Positions 1 through 14,029 of a stretch of DNA of 64,000 nt are shown here, piece by piece; positions within the stretch are counted from its first letter, which is position 1; the number at the start of each line of letters is the position of its first letter. Below the pieces are notes generated by a model that was not told where the DNA came from, made no database searches, and was given only the letters and a program-made list of their open reading frames with translations. This stretch comes from Octopus sinensis (Eukaryota): NCBI RefSeq assembly GCF_006345805.1, contig NC_043001.1, forward strand, positions 55,490,001-55,554,000. The letters run 5' to 3'. Position numbers and translations under genes: made by a program.

Positions 1-196
1 AAAACTTCCACATATTCTGAAGTAACATTTCATACATCATTTTATGATGTTTCTGGTAGCTTCTAATTTTGGTCTTTGGTGCTGTGAGCCAAAACACTTC
101 ATTCTCAGATATGAATTCTCTCTCAGCTTTCCAGTTTCTGCTGGTTCTTTATTCCTTATTCTCTTCCACTTTGCCCAGACATATCAGGCAGGTATA

Positions 197-267
<71 letters not shown>

Positions 268-430
268 AGTGTGTGTGAGAGAGAAAGAGAGACAGACAGA
301 GAAAGAGAGAGATTGACTTGTCTTAGCATGACAATTTGTGGTCCTTAAATTCCCCTCCCCATAAAACTACAACACACAAGCCTTGCACGTCAATAAGAAA
401 CTGTTGTTGTTGTTATAATTATTATTACTA

Positions 431-787
431 AGGTGGTGAGCTGGCAGAATTGTTAGCACACCAGGTAAAATGCTTAACAGAATTTTGTCCATCTTTATGC
501 TCTGTGTTCAAATTTCACCAAGGTTGACTTTGCCTTTCATCTTTTCGGGGTCGATAAATTAAATACTAGTTGCATACTGGAGTCAATCTAATCGACTGGC
601 CCCCTACCCCAAAATTTCAGGCCTTGTGCCTATAGTAAAAAGGATTATTATTATTATTTCTTTTTTATCATAGGTTCTGTTGGAACTCCTAGAATCTTGC
701 ATGCATAGTGGGTTTGCTGCCTGCAGCCTATGGTACTATGCTATCTGATCTTTTCAATTACCTAATACTTTCCCGGCTGTTATTATT

Positions 788-818
<31 letters not shown>

Positions 819-1038
819 AAAGTGGTGAACTGGCAGAATCATTAGCATGCCAGACAAAATGTTTAATGGCATTTCATCTGTTCTTACATCTGAGTTCAAA
901 TGCTGCTGGGGTTGACTTTGCCTTTCATCCTTTCGGAATTGATGAAATAAGTACCAGTTACGCACTGGGGTCAATGTAATCGATTAGTTCCCTCCCTCCA
1001 AATTTCAGGCCTTGTGCCTTTAGTAGAAAGGATTATAA

Positions 1039-1090
<52 letters not shown>

Positions 1091-1110
1091 TACTATCACT
1101 ATTATCGTTA

Positions 1111-1146
<36 letters not shown>

Positions 1147-1160
1147 TATTATTAGTAATA
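431..1160 (+). mobile_element. Two tandem family A SINEs (431-657, 819-1035) with (ATT)n tails
   Basis: AGGTGGTGAGCTGGCAGAA head, B-box-like GAGTTCAAAT, central GACTTTGCCTTTCATCCTTTCGGGG..GATAAA..AAGTACCAG block, (ATT)n tail. Confidence 0.8.
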
Positions 1161-1752
1161 GTAGTAGTAGTAGTGGTGGTGGTAGCAGAAGCAGAATAAA
1201 TAGCTATTATAGCAACAATAATACTCTCTCTCCCTCTCTCTCACACACTCAGTAGTCATCATCAAAACCAACAACAACAACAGCCTTCATTACCATCTTT
1301 ATTGTCACGATTAATTTTATTTATTACACCACCAACTTCTGCATTAAATCATACACTTCTGCTATTGCAGCTAATGTTGTTGTTGTTGCTGGTAGTGCTG
1401 CTGTTGCTGCTTACTCTCCATCTACTGTGTGAAAGGCAAACTGGCCAGCAATCTATGCAATCTTTCAACTTACTGACAATTCAACATGACAGAATGTTGA
1501 GTGTGCACAGCACTGCCGATGAATACATAATGAAGCACCAACTAAATGGTTTCTCAAAAATGTTGACCTCTCACCCCATTCTTCACTAAATAAATCTCTC
1601 ATTTTCTTTCTCTCTCTCTCTCTCTCTCTCTGTATCTAGCTGTCTAGCTCTATTTAAATCTCTATCTCCTTATCTGTCTTTCTCTCTATCTATCACTATC
1701 TTTCTCTGTATCTCTCGCTACCAATCGATCTTTCTCTCTCCTTCTGCCTGTC

Positions 1753-1787
<35 letters not shown>

Positions 1788-1895
1788 GTCTATCTATCAG
1801 TATTGTCCAAAATTCCAGGAAATTGATGGTTTGTATTTGCATGGCATGTTTACTGGGCTGTCAAAAAATGAGAGCAGAAGGAGAGAGAAAGAGAA

Positions 1896-1934
<39 letters not shown>

Positions 1935-2620
1935 ATGTGGGAGGGGAGAGAGAGAATATAAAAGTAAAGGAGATTGAAGAAATGTTGGTGATGGTAATAA
2001 AGATAGAGGTACTGAGGTGAATATGGTAATGATGATGATCAAGATAATAGTAGTGATCGTCAAGATAATTGGTGGAGGGAGCAATAGTGGTGGTGGTGGT
2101 GATGATAGTAGGTGTGATGTAGTAATCAAGATGGTAGTGGTGGTGGTGGTGATGATGATCATCAAGATGATGGTGAAGAATGCTGCTGATGATCATCTTG
2201 ATAGTAATGGTGATGTAGTTGATGGCAATGATGGTGATTATGATAATGTTGGTCGTAGATAATGGTGAAGGTAATGATAATGATGATTGTGATAGTTGTT
2301 GTTGAAAATATTTTTATTTTAATGTGTAGACTTTCCAGAATGTAATTTTACCAATAATGAGTTCTGTTTAATATTCTGCTTTATATATCTTCTTTTATCT
2401 TTTACTTGTTTCAGCCATTAGACTGTGGCCATGCTGGGGCACTACCTTCAAGAATTTTTAGCTGAGTGCATCAACCCCAATACTTTTTCTTTCTTAAGTC
2501 TGGTACTTATTCTATCAGTCTCTTTTGCTGAACCACTAAGTTACGGGGACATAAACACACCAACACCAGTTGTCAATCAACAGTGAGGACAAAAACAGAC
2601 ACAAAGACATACACACACAG

Positions 2621-2784
2621 GAGTGGCTGTGTGGTAAGTGGCTTACATACCAACCACATGGTGCTGGGTTCATTCCCACTGTGTGGAACCTTGGGCAAGT
2701 GTCTTCTACTATAGCCTCGGTCTGACCAAAGCCTTGTGAGTGGATTTGGTAGACGGAAACTGAAAGAAGCTCATCGTATATATG

Positions 2785-2815
<31 letters not shown>

Positions 2816-3020
2816 GTGTGTATATGTTTGTGTGTCTGTGTTTGTCCCCACAACATCGCTTGACAACCGATGCTGGTGTTTTAACGTCCCCGTAACTTAG
2901 CAGTTCAGCAAAAGAGACCAATAGAATAAGTACTAGGCTTCCAAAGAATAAGTCAATTTGCTCGACTAAAGGCGATGCTCCAGCATGGCCACAATCAAAT
3001 GACTGAAACAAGTAAAAGAG
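2621..3020 (+). mobile_element. Family B SINE, preceded by an inverted 3' half at about 2390-2620
   Basis: Same head, internal microsatellite and tail as 24236-24675. Confidence 0.8.
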
Positions 3021-3097
3021 TATACATATATTCAGTTTCTGTCAACGAAATGCTCTCACAAAGCTTTGGTTGGCATGTATGTGTGTCGGTTCCATTC

Positions 3098-3153
3098 TAG
3101 CAAAAACTGTCTGATGAACGGCAACGAGAAACTCAGAGTAACAGATTTTGTTG
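3098..3153 (+). ncRNA. Type I hammerhead ribozyme motif, second family
   Basis: TAGCAAAAACTGT-CTGATGA-A-CG-GCAA-CG-A-GAAA-CTC-A-GAG-TA-ACAGATTTTGTTG. Stem I has 13 positions (1 mismatch, 2 G-U); core intact; stem III ACTC/GAGT is palindromic; predicted cleavage after GUA (3140). Stem II is only 2 bp. Confidence 0.6.
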
Positions 3154-3939
3154 AATTTTCTGCTGCTTAAAATAAAGTATATATATATATATATATATAT
3201 ATCACCTTTCTCCATCATCATTGTTTTAACATCCACTATTCCATATTAGCGCCTATCAGAAAGAATATGTTGAGGCAGGTTTTCTGCAGCCTGATGCGCT
3301 TCCTGCCATTAAATTTCATCTGTTTCCAAGCAAGGTAATATTTCTCCATAGCCAGACATGGTTTGCACAGAAAACCAGAAACAAGAGGCAACAATTGTAT
3401 AATGGTATAATTATTTATAACTATTACATGGTGTCAAGACATACATACATTTATATATTTGTATGAGTGAATATATGTATATATATTTAGGAAGGGCATC
3501 CAGCCGTAGAAACACTGCCAGATTTGACTGGGCCTGATGAAGCCTTCTGGCTTCACAGACCCCAGTAGAACCGTCCAACCCATGCTAGCATGGAAAGCGG
3601 ACGCTAAACGATGATGATGATATATTCATAACACACAAATATATTAATATCTATGTGTCTATCCACCTGGACTCTACTCTAATCTGACAGATACTGATAT
3701 TGTGAGCTTTGGGAATCCTACCCACTTCAATAATAGCATCCCTAGTACATTGCTCCTAGTACTAGTAACCCTAATGCATGTGACAGCAGTGATACCTTCT
3801 CCCTGCTCCATACTAGTAACCAGTCCTAGCTTGAGGATAAATGAACATATGAATCAGCTAAGTTAGGGTCTACATTGGAGTCACTGTTGATTTTAAGAAC
3901 AACCACTGGGCTAACCTAAATTTATTCTCAAATGGAGCC

Positions 3940-4640
3940 TTTAAGCTCTCTACCTCCCAAACTACATACATACACTACCTCAAATCCCAGAATATCCCTA
4001 TATCTTATCTTGGCCTATAATTTGTGAGGCTTCCCCATACAACACAAACTACTGTGTTTGTAAGTTGTGTTGCAAGGAACCATTGGGTATTCTTTGCCAT
4101 CATAATACCTCAGTGCTCAAAAGGTTCTTTGATGTAATCTTTTAATGTAAGCATAAATTTTATTCTGCTTTTGCCCATTAAATAAAGTCTTTGTGGTTTC
4201 TCCTAATTGTGGTTGTGCCTTTACTTATTAGTTAGTTATGTTAGTAGCATTTTCTTTCTCCATTCTCCTTGCACCATTTTCTCCCTGTCTCAGTATACCT
4301 TCCTCCTCTCCAACCCCTATTCCTTTTTATGTGTTGCTTATCTCTTCCAGTCTCTCTGTCTGGTCAACTGCCATCCCTAATTGATTCATTGTCTGCTTAG
4401 TGAGATTCCCTTGACCTTTAACTTCTCCCCTCCTCTATTTGTTCCATCCATTCCCCTATGTCACAGGTTTGCCCCCTCTCTCTCTCCCTCTGGCTTTTGT
4501 TTTTATTCTCCCCTCTCCTTTCAACTAATTGAATCTCTAGCACTATTATATGAACTGCTTTTTCCAACCATCTCTTGAGGATGTGACTGGAACTTATTGT
4601 AATATCTGTGTGACTGTTTACTGATTGCATACCCAAAAAT
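3940..4640 (+). mobile_element. Old Penelope-like element remnant (endonuclease C-terminal Cys motif plus pyrimidine-rich 3' region)
   Basis: 4011-4163 translates WPIICEASPYNTNYCVCKLCCKEPLGIL...LKRFFDVIF*CKHKF. This resembles the W..L..A.PY....C.LC..EK..I....LNKR.E...CRH tail of PLE GIY-YIG proteins. Boundaries approximate. Confidence 0.5.
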
Positions 4641-5039
4641 TTTTGTATATTCTCATTAACAAATTATGAATATTATAATTATTACAAACCTCTGAGCTTC
4701 CTAAATCAGCTGTCAAATTAAGAAATTATATATTTTTCTTCTTAGTGTTCTGTATATTTTATGCTGTATGTAAATATATTTGTGTAAATATATATATATT
4801 GTTCTCTGTGACTTTTGGTTGTTCTCTAAGATGAAGGAGACTGAGATAGGATACTGGACACATTCACTTTGGAGAACTTTTATGGGACCTTCATGATGTA
4901 GTTAGAGTACCATAACAAGTGCATTGAAGTCATATTATCCTACTCTGAAGGAGATTACAGTTTTGTACGTTTTTAAGATTAATAATGAAATTACTAAATG
5001 TTTCTCCTGAAAAAGTCTCAAAATCTCTGGAATGCACTT

Positions 5040-5204
5040 TGTATATATATATATATATATATCATCATCATCATATATAATATATATATATATATAATAT
5101 ATATATATCATCATCATATATATATATTATATATATATATATTCATCATCATCATCATCATATATAATATATATATATATATATATCATCATCATCATCA
5201 TCAT

Positions 5205-5239
<35 letters not shown>

Positions 5240-5253
5240 CATATCATCATCAT

Positions 5254-5299
<46 letters not shown>

Positions 5300-5358
5300 T
5301 CATCATCATATATATATATATATATATCATCATCATCATATATATATATATATATATA
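5040..5358. repeat. Compound (TA)n/(CAT)n microsatellite
   Basis: Alternating TA and CAT blocks seen directly. Confidence 0.95.
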
Positions 5359-6143
5359 CAGGGGAAATTCCATTATAATGAATTTCAATCTAAGAGTTTC
5401 TTTCAATCTACAGCCATTATCCTATTGAAACAAGAGCCTCACCATAATGAGATTTATTTCAACACAAAAAACAAAACTGAACCTGTAATAGCTATAATTT
5501 CTCTCTTTAGTGAAAAATGTAAAGCAAAAAAGGGGGAAAAATGTTGGAGAAAACAATTCTGTCAAGTCAGAAATACAAAAGCAGTAGAATATCAAATGGA
5601 GCACAGACAATTTGACATGTAGAAGTCCAATCATGTTAACCAAGAGTAAGATAGTGTATGATGAGTGGATAAAATACAATGTTGTCTGTGTCAGTGTTAG
5701 CATTTACTTCATGGTCCAAAATAGAAAATTTGCAAAGCCAAATCAAAACACTCTGATTGACTTTCTTCTAAAAGTGCTAAAAATATGAAAGTTTCAGCAG
5801 TCAGGTTTGCAAAGACTAAGAATTTTATTTAAGTTATCAACATTAATAAAAATGAAAGCATTCCAGCATGACCATCTTTTTTTATTTTTAATTTCAAATT
5901 TCAGCTCATATAGAAACAACATGATAACCATCTATACACCACAATGTATATACACCATTAGTAGGCAAATGACTGCAGTTTTCATCAGATAGAACTTCTT
6001 ATGGATGTGTTGTGTTTAAAAGCACAATATATATATATAAGAGGGAGACGAAAAATCAACCAAGCAGAGGTTAGTAATAATATCAGATGCATTTCAGCAT
6101 TCTTGTGTACTCATATATACATTAAATCTGGTGCATAGATGGC

Positions 6144-6921
6144 TACCAATGAATGTAGTATTCACTGTTTCTTATACTGAAGGCAACAAATCTTGTCTAG
6201 GTATGTGGTTGGCTATGTGTACAGGTCATTGAAGGCCCCAAAAGACAGAAATGCATAAGGCATACTTGCAAGCTACTGCCTTCCGACATACACTGGGTTT
6301 TTAAATACAACACATTCATAAGAGACGTCATGGAAAAGGCTCCAAAAGACCAAGATACAGAAAGCATACTTGGAAGTCACTACCTTCGGACATACACTGG
6401 GTTTTTAAACACAACACATCCATAAGAAATGTTATTGAAAAGGCCCCAAAAGACCGAGATGCCTCAGGTATACTTGCAAGTCACTGCCTTCTGACATACA
6501 CTGGGTTTTTAAACACAACACATTCATAAGAGATTTTTATCTGAGATGAAAAGTGCAGTAATTTTCTTGTTAATGGTGTATTTACATTTAGTATGATACA
6601 TAGGTGGGTTTTTTTAATGACAGCTATTCACAATACCAATGAATGTATTATTCATTGTTTCCATATATTGGAGGTGACAAATCTTGCCTCAACATGTGGC
6701 TGCCAATGAGAACATGTCATTGATGAGGCCTAAAAGTGCTGAAATGCATCTGGTGTTCTTGCTAGCTGCTGCAAGGACAATTTTTCAACTCCAAATGATA
6801 TATATTGTGTTTTTAAACACACCATCTCCATAAGATATTTTTATCTCAGATGAAAACCACAGTAACTTGCCTGTTAATGTTTTATTTACTTTAAGTATGA
6901 TAAGTTGATGGCTATTTTAAT
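6144..6921. repeat. Nested tandem duplication: about 490-bp repeat containing three 104-bp units
   Basis: AAGGC(C/T)CCAAAAGAC units start at 6232, 6336 and 6440; TACCAATGAATGTA block at 6144 and 6634. Confidence 0.8.
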
Positions 6922-8369
6922 CTAGTACTGCTTCAATAGCATACGCCAGATTAGGAATAATATGAATCAAAATTAATAATTGAACAATATAAATCAAAGT
7001 AAAAATTAAAACAAATTATTATAAAGCAATTTAGCATGTATTATTACAAAATAATAACATTGAATATCATAAAAATATAATAAATACAATTTATTAAGAA
7101 TCACAAAAGATGCTTTAATCACTATGTGCAAGAATGCACAGAACAATATATGATTCAAAATATATAGTGGAATACAACACACACACACACACACACACAC
7201 AGATATACACATGCATGCATTTATATACATATACGCAGTTATGTAGATACACATATACACAGGTACATATAAACATAAGTGTATACATATATGTGTATAT
7301 GTGCATATGTGTGTGTGGTTGTATAGGAAGGCCTACTCAGTTTAATAGAACTATTTCATGTAAGAAATAAAATTGGTTTCCAATGCATGGATAGCAGACT
7401 GGTGGTGTCTAATGGACTGTGCTGCTGATAGACACTCAATATCTGCAATATATTTTGTAATTTAAGCATGTAAATGACATACATCTTATTTAAGCATATT
7501 AAATAAAGTAAATGCATAAAAGATTTTTTTTTGTCTGAAATTATTATTATTGAACAGAATATATCTTTTATTTTTGAAATTCTTTAATTCTTAAAATAAT
7601 TGTGAAAACGAATAGAAACTGGAAAATTGGGAGGTAAACCAGCCATGAAAATAAAATCATTGTTGTAATATGTGGCAACCGGAGTACTCAGAAGAAACCT
7701 AAACATCCAAATATTGGAATATTGGAATGGTAATGCATGCAGGAATAAAGAGATAATATAAAGAGTTTTAATGAACTCCAGCTCGTGGGATATTAAATCT
7801 GTAGCCACCACAGCCTTAGCAGTTTTGAACATTGCAATATTAGCAGCTCAGGAAACCTCAATTTTATTAGTTTTACCAACAGGGTTATGAATAATGAGAT
7901 TGCAGAAGCTTCCAACACTTGAGCATCTTACTCAAAAATTAACCATTAGCAAAGCAATATTCCTCAAGATACAGCCCAGTAATAATGTTTGCCATTAAAA
8001 TATATTGATTGACATGACAAAGCAAGCCTGAATGTTTTGGAAAATGAAGTCTTTGGGACCAAGAGTACACTTGTTGATATGAGTGGAAATCCAAGTATGA
8101 TTGCATCCTATCCTTTGTTAGACTCATTGAAATTAGAAACCTTCATTTCTTGTAGTATAAGTTTCTTAATCATTTGTCTTGTGCCACAGCAAAATACATT
8201 AATGGTAGGTATCATGGAATATAAATAGCAATAGAATCTACATGTTTGCTAGTATAAGAGATTTTGTAAAAACTATTTTGATGGCTGGATCAAGTGGTTG
8301 TGTAAGTGGAAATGCTGCAGTCAAGTTTCAAGAAATAGGAAACAATGGTTTAACATGAAATACTTCTAT

Positions 8370-8570
8370 CAAACAACTCTAGATTTACATGCTGTAGCTA
8401 AAGTGATGTAACACCAAATAAATGTTATGATATTGTCACATAAAATAGCTCTGAAGATGTAACACATGATTGATGCTATTGTGGTGTAATCTGAAACAGC
8501 TTCAGGAATGTGACACATGATTGGTGTTATGGTGAAGCAACATGAAATAACTCTAGAAATGTCATACAAA
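8370..8570. repeat. Diverged tandem repeat of about 51 bp
   Basis: Recurring AAA(T/C)AGCT...ATGT(A/G)ACACATGATTG motif. Confidence 0.5.
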
Positions 8571-9609
8571 AAACGTAGTAGTGGTGATGTAATAGTTAAC
8601 TATCATGATTTTGCTTGCAAACAGCAACTGGTGATCTAATACAAAATTATGTCCGATGACACAAGTCACAAGAGAATACAAGTTAATGATGTATCATGAA
8701 ATGTCTGTTGTTTTTGTCATTGAAGACATGAAGACATAATGTGCTTAGGTTACAGCAAATATGTGAAAGTAATGTATTATCTAAAGGTGGGAGAAAATCA
8801 ATTTATAGCTAAATCAGAAGTAGAACCAGAGGATTATAGGAAAGTGTATGGTACATTTGAAGAATGATAGAAAAAAAAAGAAAAGAAACAACAACAAAAA
8901 AAAAACATTGAACCTACACATGATGATAATGACAATAATAATGATGATAATGAATTTTATTGGCACATAGTATGGATGAGGACAGGAAATAACAAGGATA
9001 AATCATAAATCAGTGGTGGGATTTTATATTGATACAAAATACAAAATGGAAAACAAGCCAATAAAATGATATGAAATGTACAAATGTGCATGTGCACATG
9101 TGTGTGTGTGTGTGTGTGCGCGTGTGTATGCGTGTGTGTGTATCAAATATACAGAACTTAAATCTATTTAGCACTCTGAAACAAGATATTTGCTATCAGA
9201 TCAAAGTATTTCAAACTGATCAAAATTAACTTATCTCGCCCTATGTACATTCGTTTCTAACAGCAACAAACTGGCTGAGCCAAATTACGCAACTAGCATC
9301 TTCTGAGATCATTCCACATACTGGTGGTCAAATTGCAAATCAAGTATAATTTGAGGTATTAACAATGTAGAGAGAAGTCATAAAGTTAATAGAACAAATC
9401 ACAAATATTCTGTTATAAAAACTTTACAGAAACACTTCAAATCGAAAAGACAAAAAAAAGATCAAAATTATCACGATTTTAAATCAACTTACATAATGAG
9501 CATAATAATATTTATGGTGTAATAAAACATTTGAGAGCAACAAGATATATTCTATATGTAAAGGATTTATCAGGAACTCAGTGAAAAATATGAAACATGT
9601 CTCTATTAG

Positions 9610-10101
9610 CCCTTTAGAATTTAAACTGGTCATATCTGTCCAAAATATTCTACCTGTCTTATGTTCAAATCAGCCAGATCTAGCCTCTCACACCTATCCT
9701 GCAATGTCACTGTAAAAAATAAACAATCACATCATCAAAATATCAAAGCTACAAAATAACTGGCACTCTGTGAAATTTACATGCAAGTGGCTGAGCCCTC
9801 CACAGACATGCATACCCTTAATGTAGTTCTCAGGAAGATTCAGCATAATACAGAATGTGACAAAGCCGTCCCCTTGGAAATACAGGTACAACTCATTTTT
9901 GCCAGATGAGTGGACTGAAGCAATGAGTAATAAAGTGTCTTCCTCATGGGCACAAGATACTACCAGGTATCAAACACATGACCTTATGATTTTGAGCTGA
10001 ATGCCCTAACCACTTAATCATGCACCTTCATGCATGATTAATTCAAAGCAACATGAATAAATAAGCATTACACTTAACAGAGTAATCTGAAAGCTAAAGG
10101 G
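9610..10101. mobile_element. piggyBac-type MITE (family 1) interrupted by a SINE at about 9762-10030
   Basis: CCCTTTAG...GCTAAAGGG-TTAA ends. The internal sequence matches the 19050 copy in reverse on both sides of a minus-strand tRNA-type SINE. Confidence 0.65.
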
Positions 10102-10195
10102 TTAAAGTATAAAACAGTGAGCCCTGACAATTCTGAATAATACCAAGACCTACTACATCAATACTCAGACAACACACCCACATACATTTATACTA

Positions 10196-11318
10196 TCTAT
10201 ATATATAAAACTCAGCTTGTGTGTGTGAGTGTGTGTGTGTGTGTGTGTGTGTAAACCCACATAAGTTCGAAGTTGACAACTGATTTTCCCTAAACTGGGA
10301 ACATACATTACTTATGTTCCAGAGGTGGTTTTGCCTCTTAAAATTTTTCACATAATGAGTAACGGGGCCTCAGGTAGCAGAAAACACCCTTTCCTGAATT
10401 ACATACAATTATTGTGGACAAGGAAGGTAACACTTTATGAAGTAACTTTCAGAAATTTATTGTCTCCCTTACATCCAGTGCAATTAATTTGCTTATGTGT
10501 AAAACTTATTAGTAACAATTTTTCTGTTGAACGTTTTCCATTTTTTAAAAATATTGATATTAATTAATGTTTTTTTATCAACATTTAATTATTAACATAA
10601 CAGTGTCATCTTTGTTCATTGTATGTATTTCTTAAAATTTCCTAAGATACTGATATTATTTACCTTTTTTATTGACATTTCATTATTAATGTACACTTGT
10701 CATCTTAGTTTATTATATCATATTTCTTGACATAATGTCTCCAAAGAAGAGATCCTCCACTGAGCGAAAAACAGTAGTAGCAGAGAAATTGAAAAGAAGG
10801 AGAGCAAATAAATTGTCACATGAGACTTCAGTTACGCAATCACAAAATGCTGCATGTACAGCTACTGCAAGAACAATGGAAAGTGATGAACAGTGTAGTA
10901 TTTGCCTGGCCAGGGTGGGGATTAACAGCTTCAGCCAATCCCCACTCCCTTACCATGTTGTTTCTTTCATGTAGATTTCTCTCATGTGGTACTGTTGAGT
11001 GCACCCACTGGCTTAATTTACGCATAGATGTACTTCCTATGTCTGCTGATTGGTCAGCATGATAACAACAGCACTGACAGCCACAAAGGAGAGTATATCC
11101 ACTGAGAGCTGTTTGGTATATTCAAAAATCACATAACCACCACCCACTTTTCCACGACAAACAGTTACATGGCATATCACATGGTCAAAATAGCCCTACA
11201 TTTACTCCACAAATGTTTTGTCATCAATGCTGCACTTCCCCATATCAAATGTTTCAACTGTACTATATATACAAACTATGCCATTTAAATCCCAAGCAAC
11301 ACTGGGTATGTCTGCTAG
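10196..11318 (+). mobile_element. Non-autonomous Helitron derivative
   Basis: 5' end A^TCTATATATATAAAA at 10196; 3' CCCAAGCAACACTGGG hairpin then CTAG^T ending at 11318. Internal ORF 10735-10974 (MSPKKRS...KRRRA...ESDEQCSICLA) resembles the basic/ESxEQ repeats at Helitron Rep-helicase N-termini. Confidence 0.65.
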
Positions 11319-11906
11319 TATAATATAAGACACTTGTGTTGCAAATGAAGCAATATGAGATATAAACCAAAGGCTCGTTGATATGTATTGTAGAGTCCAC
11401 AGAGTTTATATAATATAATAAATAAGCTAAAATTTACTAGTATTCTATTACATTAAGTTGAACACAAAAGGGTAATTGCCAGAGGTGCATCTGATGTACT
11501 TTTAGCTGAAATTGTCTATTTGGCATGAAACATAAAGTAATGGAATACTAGTTCACTTTAAATTACAGTAGTGTGTGTAAATATGAGTGAATTTATAGAT
11601 AGGAGGAAAATTTACTAGATGAAACATTTGTGGTTTGAATAATTACACACATTTATATTATACACACATTCATATGTATGTATGTATATAATATATATAG
11701 TATATATATATATTATATATATATATGGTGGTTGTTGTATAGGGTGTGCTGCCACACCCAATGCTACCAAATTTCAAGCAGGGGTATAAGAAATGTTTTC
11801 CATTAAGATTTGTGATTAAATTAATGAGTAAGGTTAATATTTATAATAAATTTGCCATTTTCAATGGGTATGCAGTGCACCACTGGCACACCCAGAATAT
11901 ACACCC

Positions 11907-11952
<46 letters not shown>

Positions 11953-12532
11953 CTCTTGCTTGTTTCAGTCATTAGACTGTGGCGATGCTGGGACACTGCT
12001 TTTAGTTTAATTTTAGTTGCATGGATCAACTCCAGTACTTATTTTTGTTGAAGGCTGATGCTTATTCTATTAGTCTATTTTGCTGATCTGCTAAGTTATG
12101 GGGGCATGGACACACCAGCATAAGTTGTCAAGCAGTGGTGGTGGACAAATACCAGTACACTTTGTAAAGTGGTTGGCATTAGGAAGGGCATCCTACCATA
12201 TATGCCAAGCCAAAACAGACAACTGGTGCAACTCTCTGGCTTACCAGCATGACCAAACCATTTAGCCGCTACCAGCATGGATGATGATGAAGATACACTG
12301 GACTGCTTTCAGTTGTTTACTAAATCCACTCACAAGGCTTTGGTCAGCCCAATGCTATTGTAGAAGACACTTGCCGAAGGTACCACACAGTGGGACTGTA
12401 CCCTGAACCAAGTGGTTGGAAGCAAACTTCTTACACACACACACACACACATGTAGGTATGTGTGTATATATGTATATTTTAAAGTAACACATCCACAAT
12501 AAAAAATGTGTTTCAAAATCATCAACAAGGCG

Positions 12533-12940
12533 TAGGAGTGGCTGTGTGGTAAGTAGCTTGCTTACAAACCACATGGTTCCAGGTTCAGTCCCACTGCGTG
12601 GCACCTTGGGCAAGTGTCTTCTACTATAGCCTCGGGCTGACCAAAGCTTTGTGAGTGGATTTGGTAGACAGAAACTGAAAGAAGCCCGTCGTATATATGT
12701 GTATGTGTGTGTGTGTGTGTTGTGTGTACATTTGCGTGTCTGTGTTTGTTCCCCCAACATCGCTTGACAACCGATGCTGGTGTGTTACGTTTCCATAACT
12801 TAGCAGTTCAGCCAAAGAGACCGATAGAATAAGTACTAGGCTTACAAAGAATAAGTCCTGGGGTCGATTTGCCCAACTAAAGGCAGTGCTCCAGCATGGC
12901 CACAGTCAAATAACTGAAACAAGTAAAAATAGAGTAAAGA
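12533..12940 (+). mobile_element. Family B SINE
   Basis: Same structure. Opposite-strand family B pieces lie at about 11950-12130 and 12290-12440. Confidence 0.8.
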
Positions 12941-13380
12941 GTATCATCATTGCTTGACTGCAGATGGCCAAAAGTTTTCTCAATCCATTGCAGCTTTCAT
13001 AATCACTTGTTTCATGGCTGGGTTATTAGCCCTGGCCATTAGTAAGATTCCAATCTAAAGGCAGAAGTTGAATTCAAAATACAAAATGCCAAAACAAGTA
13101 CTACAAGGCATTTTCTATGACTCTCCATTACTTCCCTCTTCCCACTGCCTTGGATGGGTACTTTAATGACTGAATGCAAAAAGATGAAAGATGGAAACAT
13201 GACAACAGTGAGATTTGAACATAGACTACAGAGATTCAAAACTAATAAAATACTGCAAGGCATTCTATCTGATATTCTAATAACTCTACCAAATCTCAGC
13301 TTTGAAACATGAAAATGTAAACTAAATAGGATATATAAATATTGAAAAATATATAAATTTTATTGACAATGATGTTGATG

Positions 13381-13407
13381 ATGGTAGTAGTAGTAGTAGT
13401 AGTAGTA

Positions 13408-13480
<73 letters not shown>
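13381..13480. repeat. (AGT)n(AAT)n microsatellite
   Basis: Seen directly. Confidence 0.95.
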
Positions 13481-13482
<2 letters not shown>

Positions 13483-13584
13483 TTATCTCAAAGCTGTCTA
13501 TGAGATATGAAAAATTAGAGAAAGCTGTAACAGATATTAAGAGATGGAACTGGAGGGATTGCCATTGATGAGAATGAGTATGAT

Positions 13585-13621
<37 letters not shown>

Positions 13622-13961
13622 GGAGGGAGAAAAAGAGTGACAAAAAGAGATGGGGAAGAAAGAGAATGAGAGAGAGAGAGAGAGAGAATATTAAGTTATT
13701 GATATAAGTATTGAACTTATTGATAAAAGTAGGGAACTGGTATCAGATAAGACATCAAACCAACTATATGAATGACGTTTCATCAAATATTTCATATTGG
13801 AAGCTATGATTGGAGGTGGAGCTACTTGCTGTGATTCAGGTAAATTTTATTTTATCCTATCAGAATCATCATTATCATCATCAAACACATACGCATAAAC
13901 ACAGATATATGCTAAAAGGATAAAGTTTAGCTGTTTCACAGTATGCAACGTACATGTATGC

Positions 13962-14029
<68 letters not shown>

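Noticed and set aside
3534-3540. CTGATGA followed by AGCC
   Set aside because: It is a mutated copy of the repeat sequence GGCCTGGTGCAGCC (compare 19890-19903); there is no GAAA-closed stem II.
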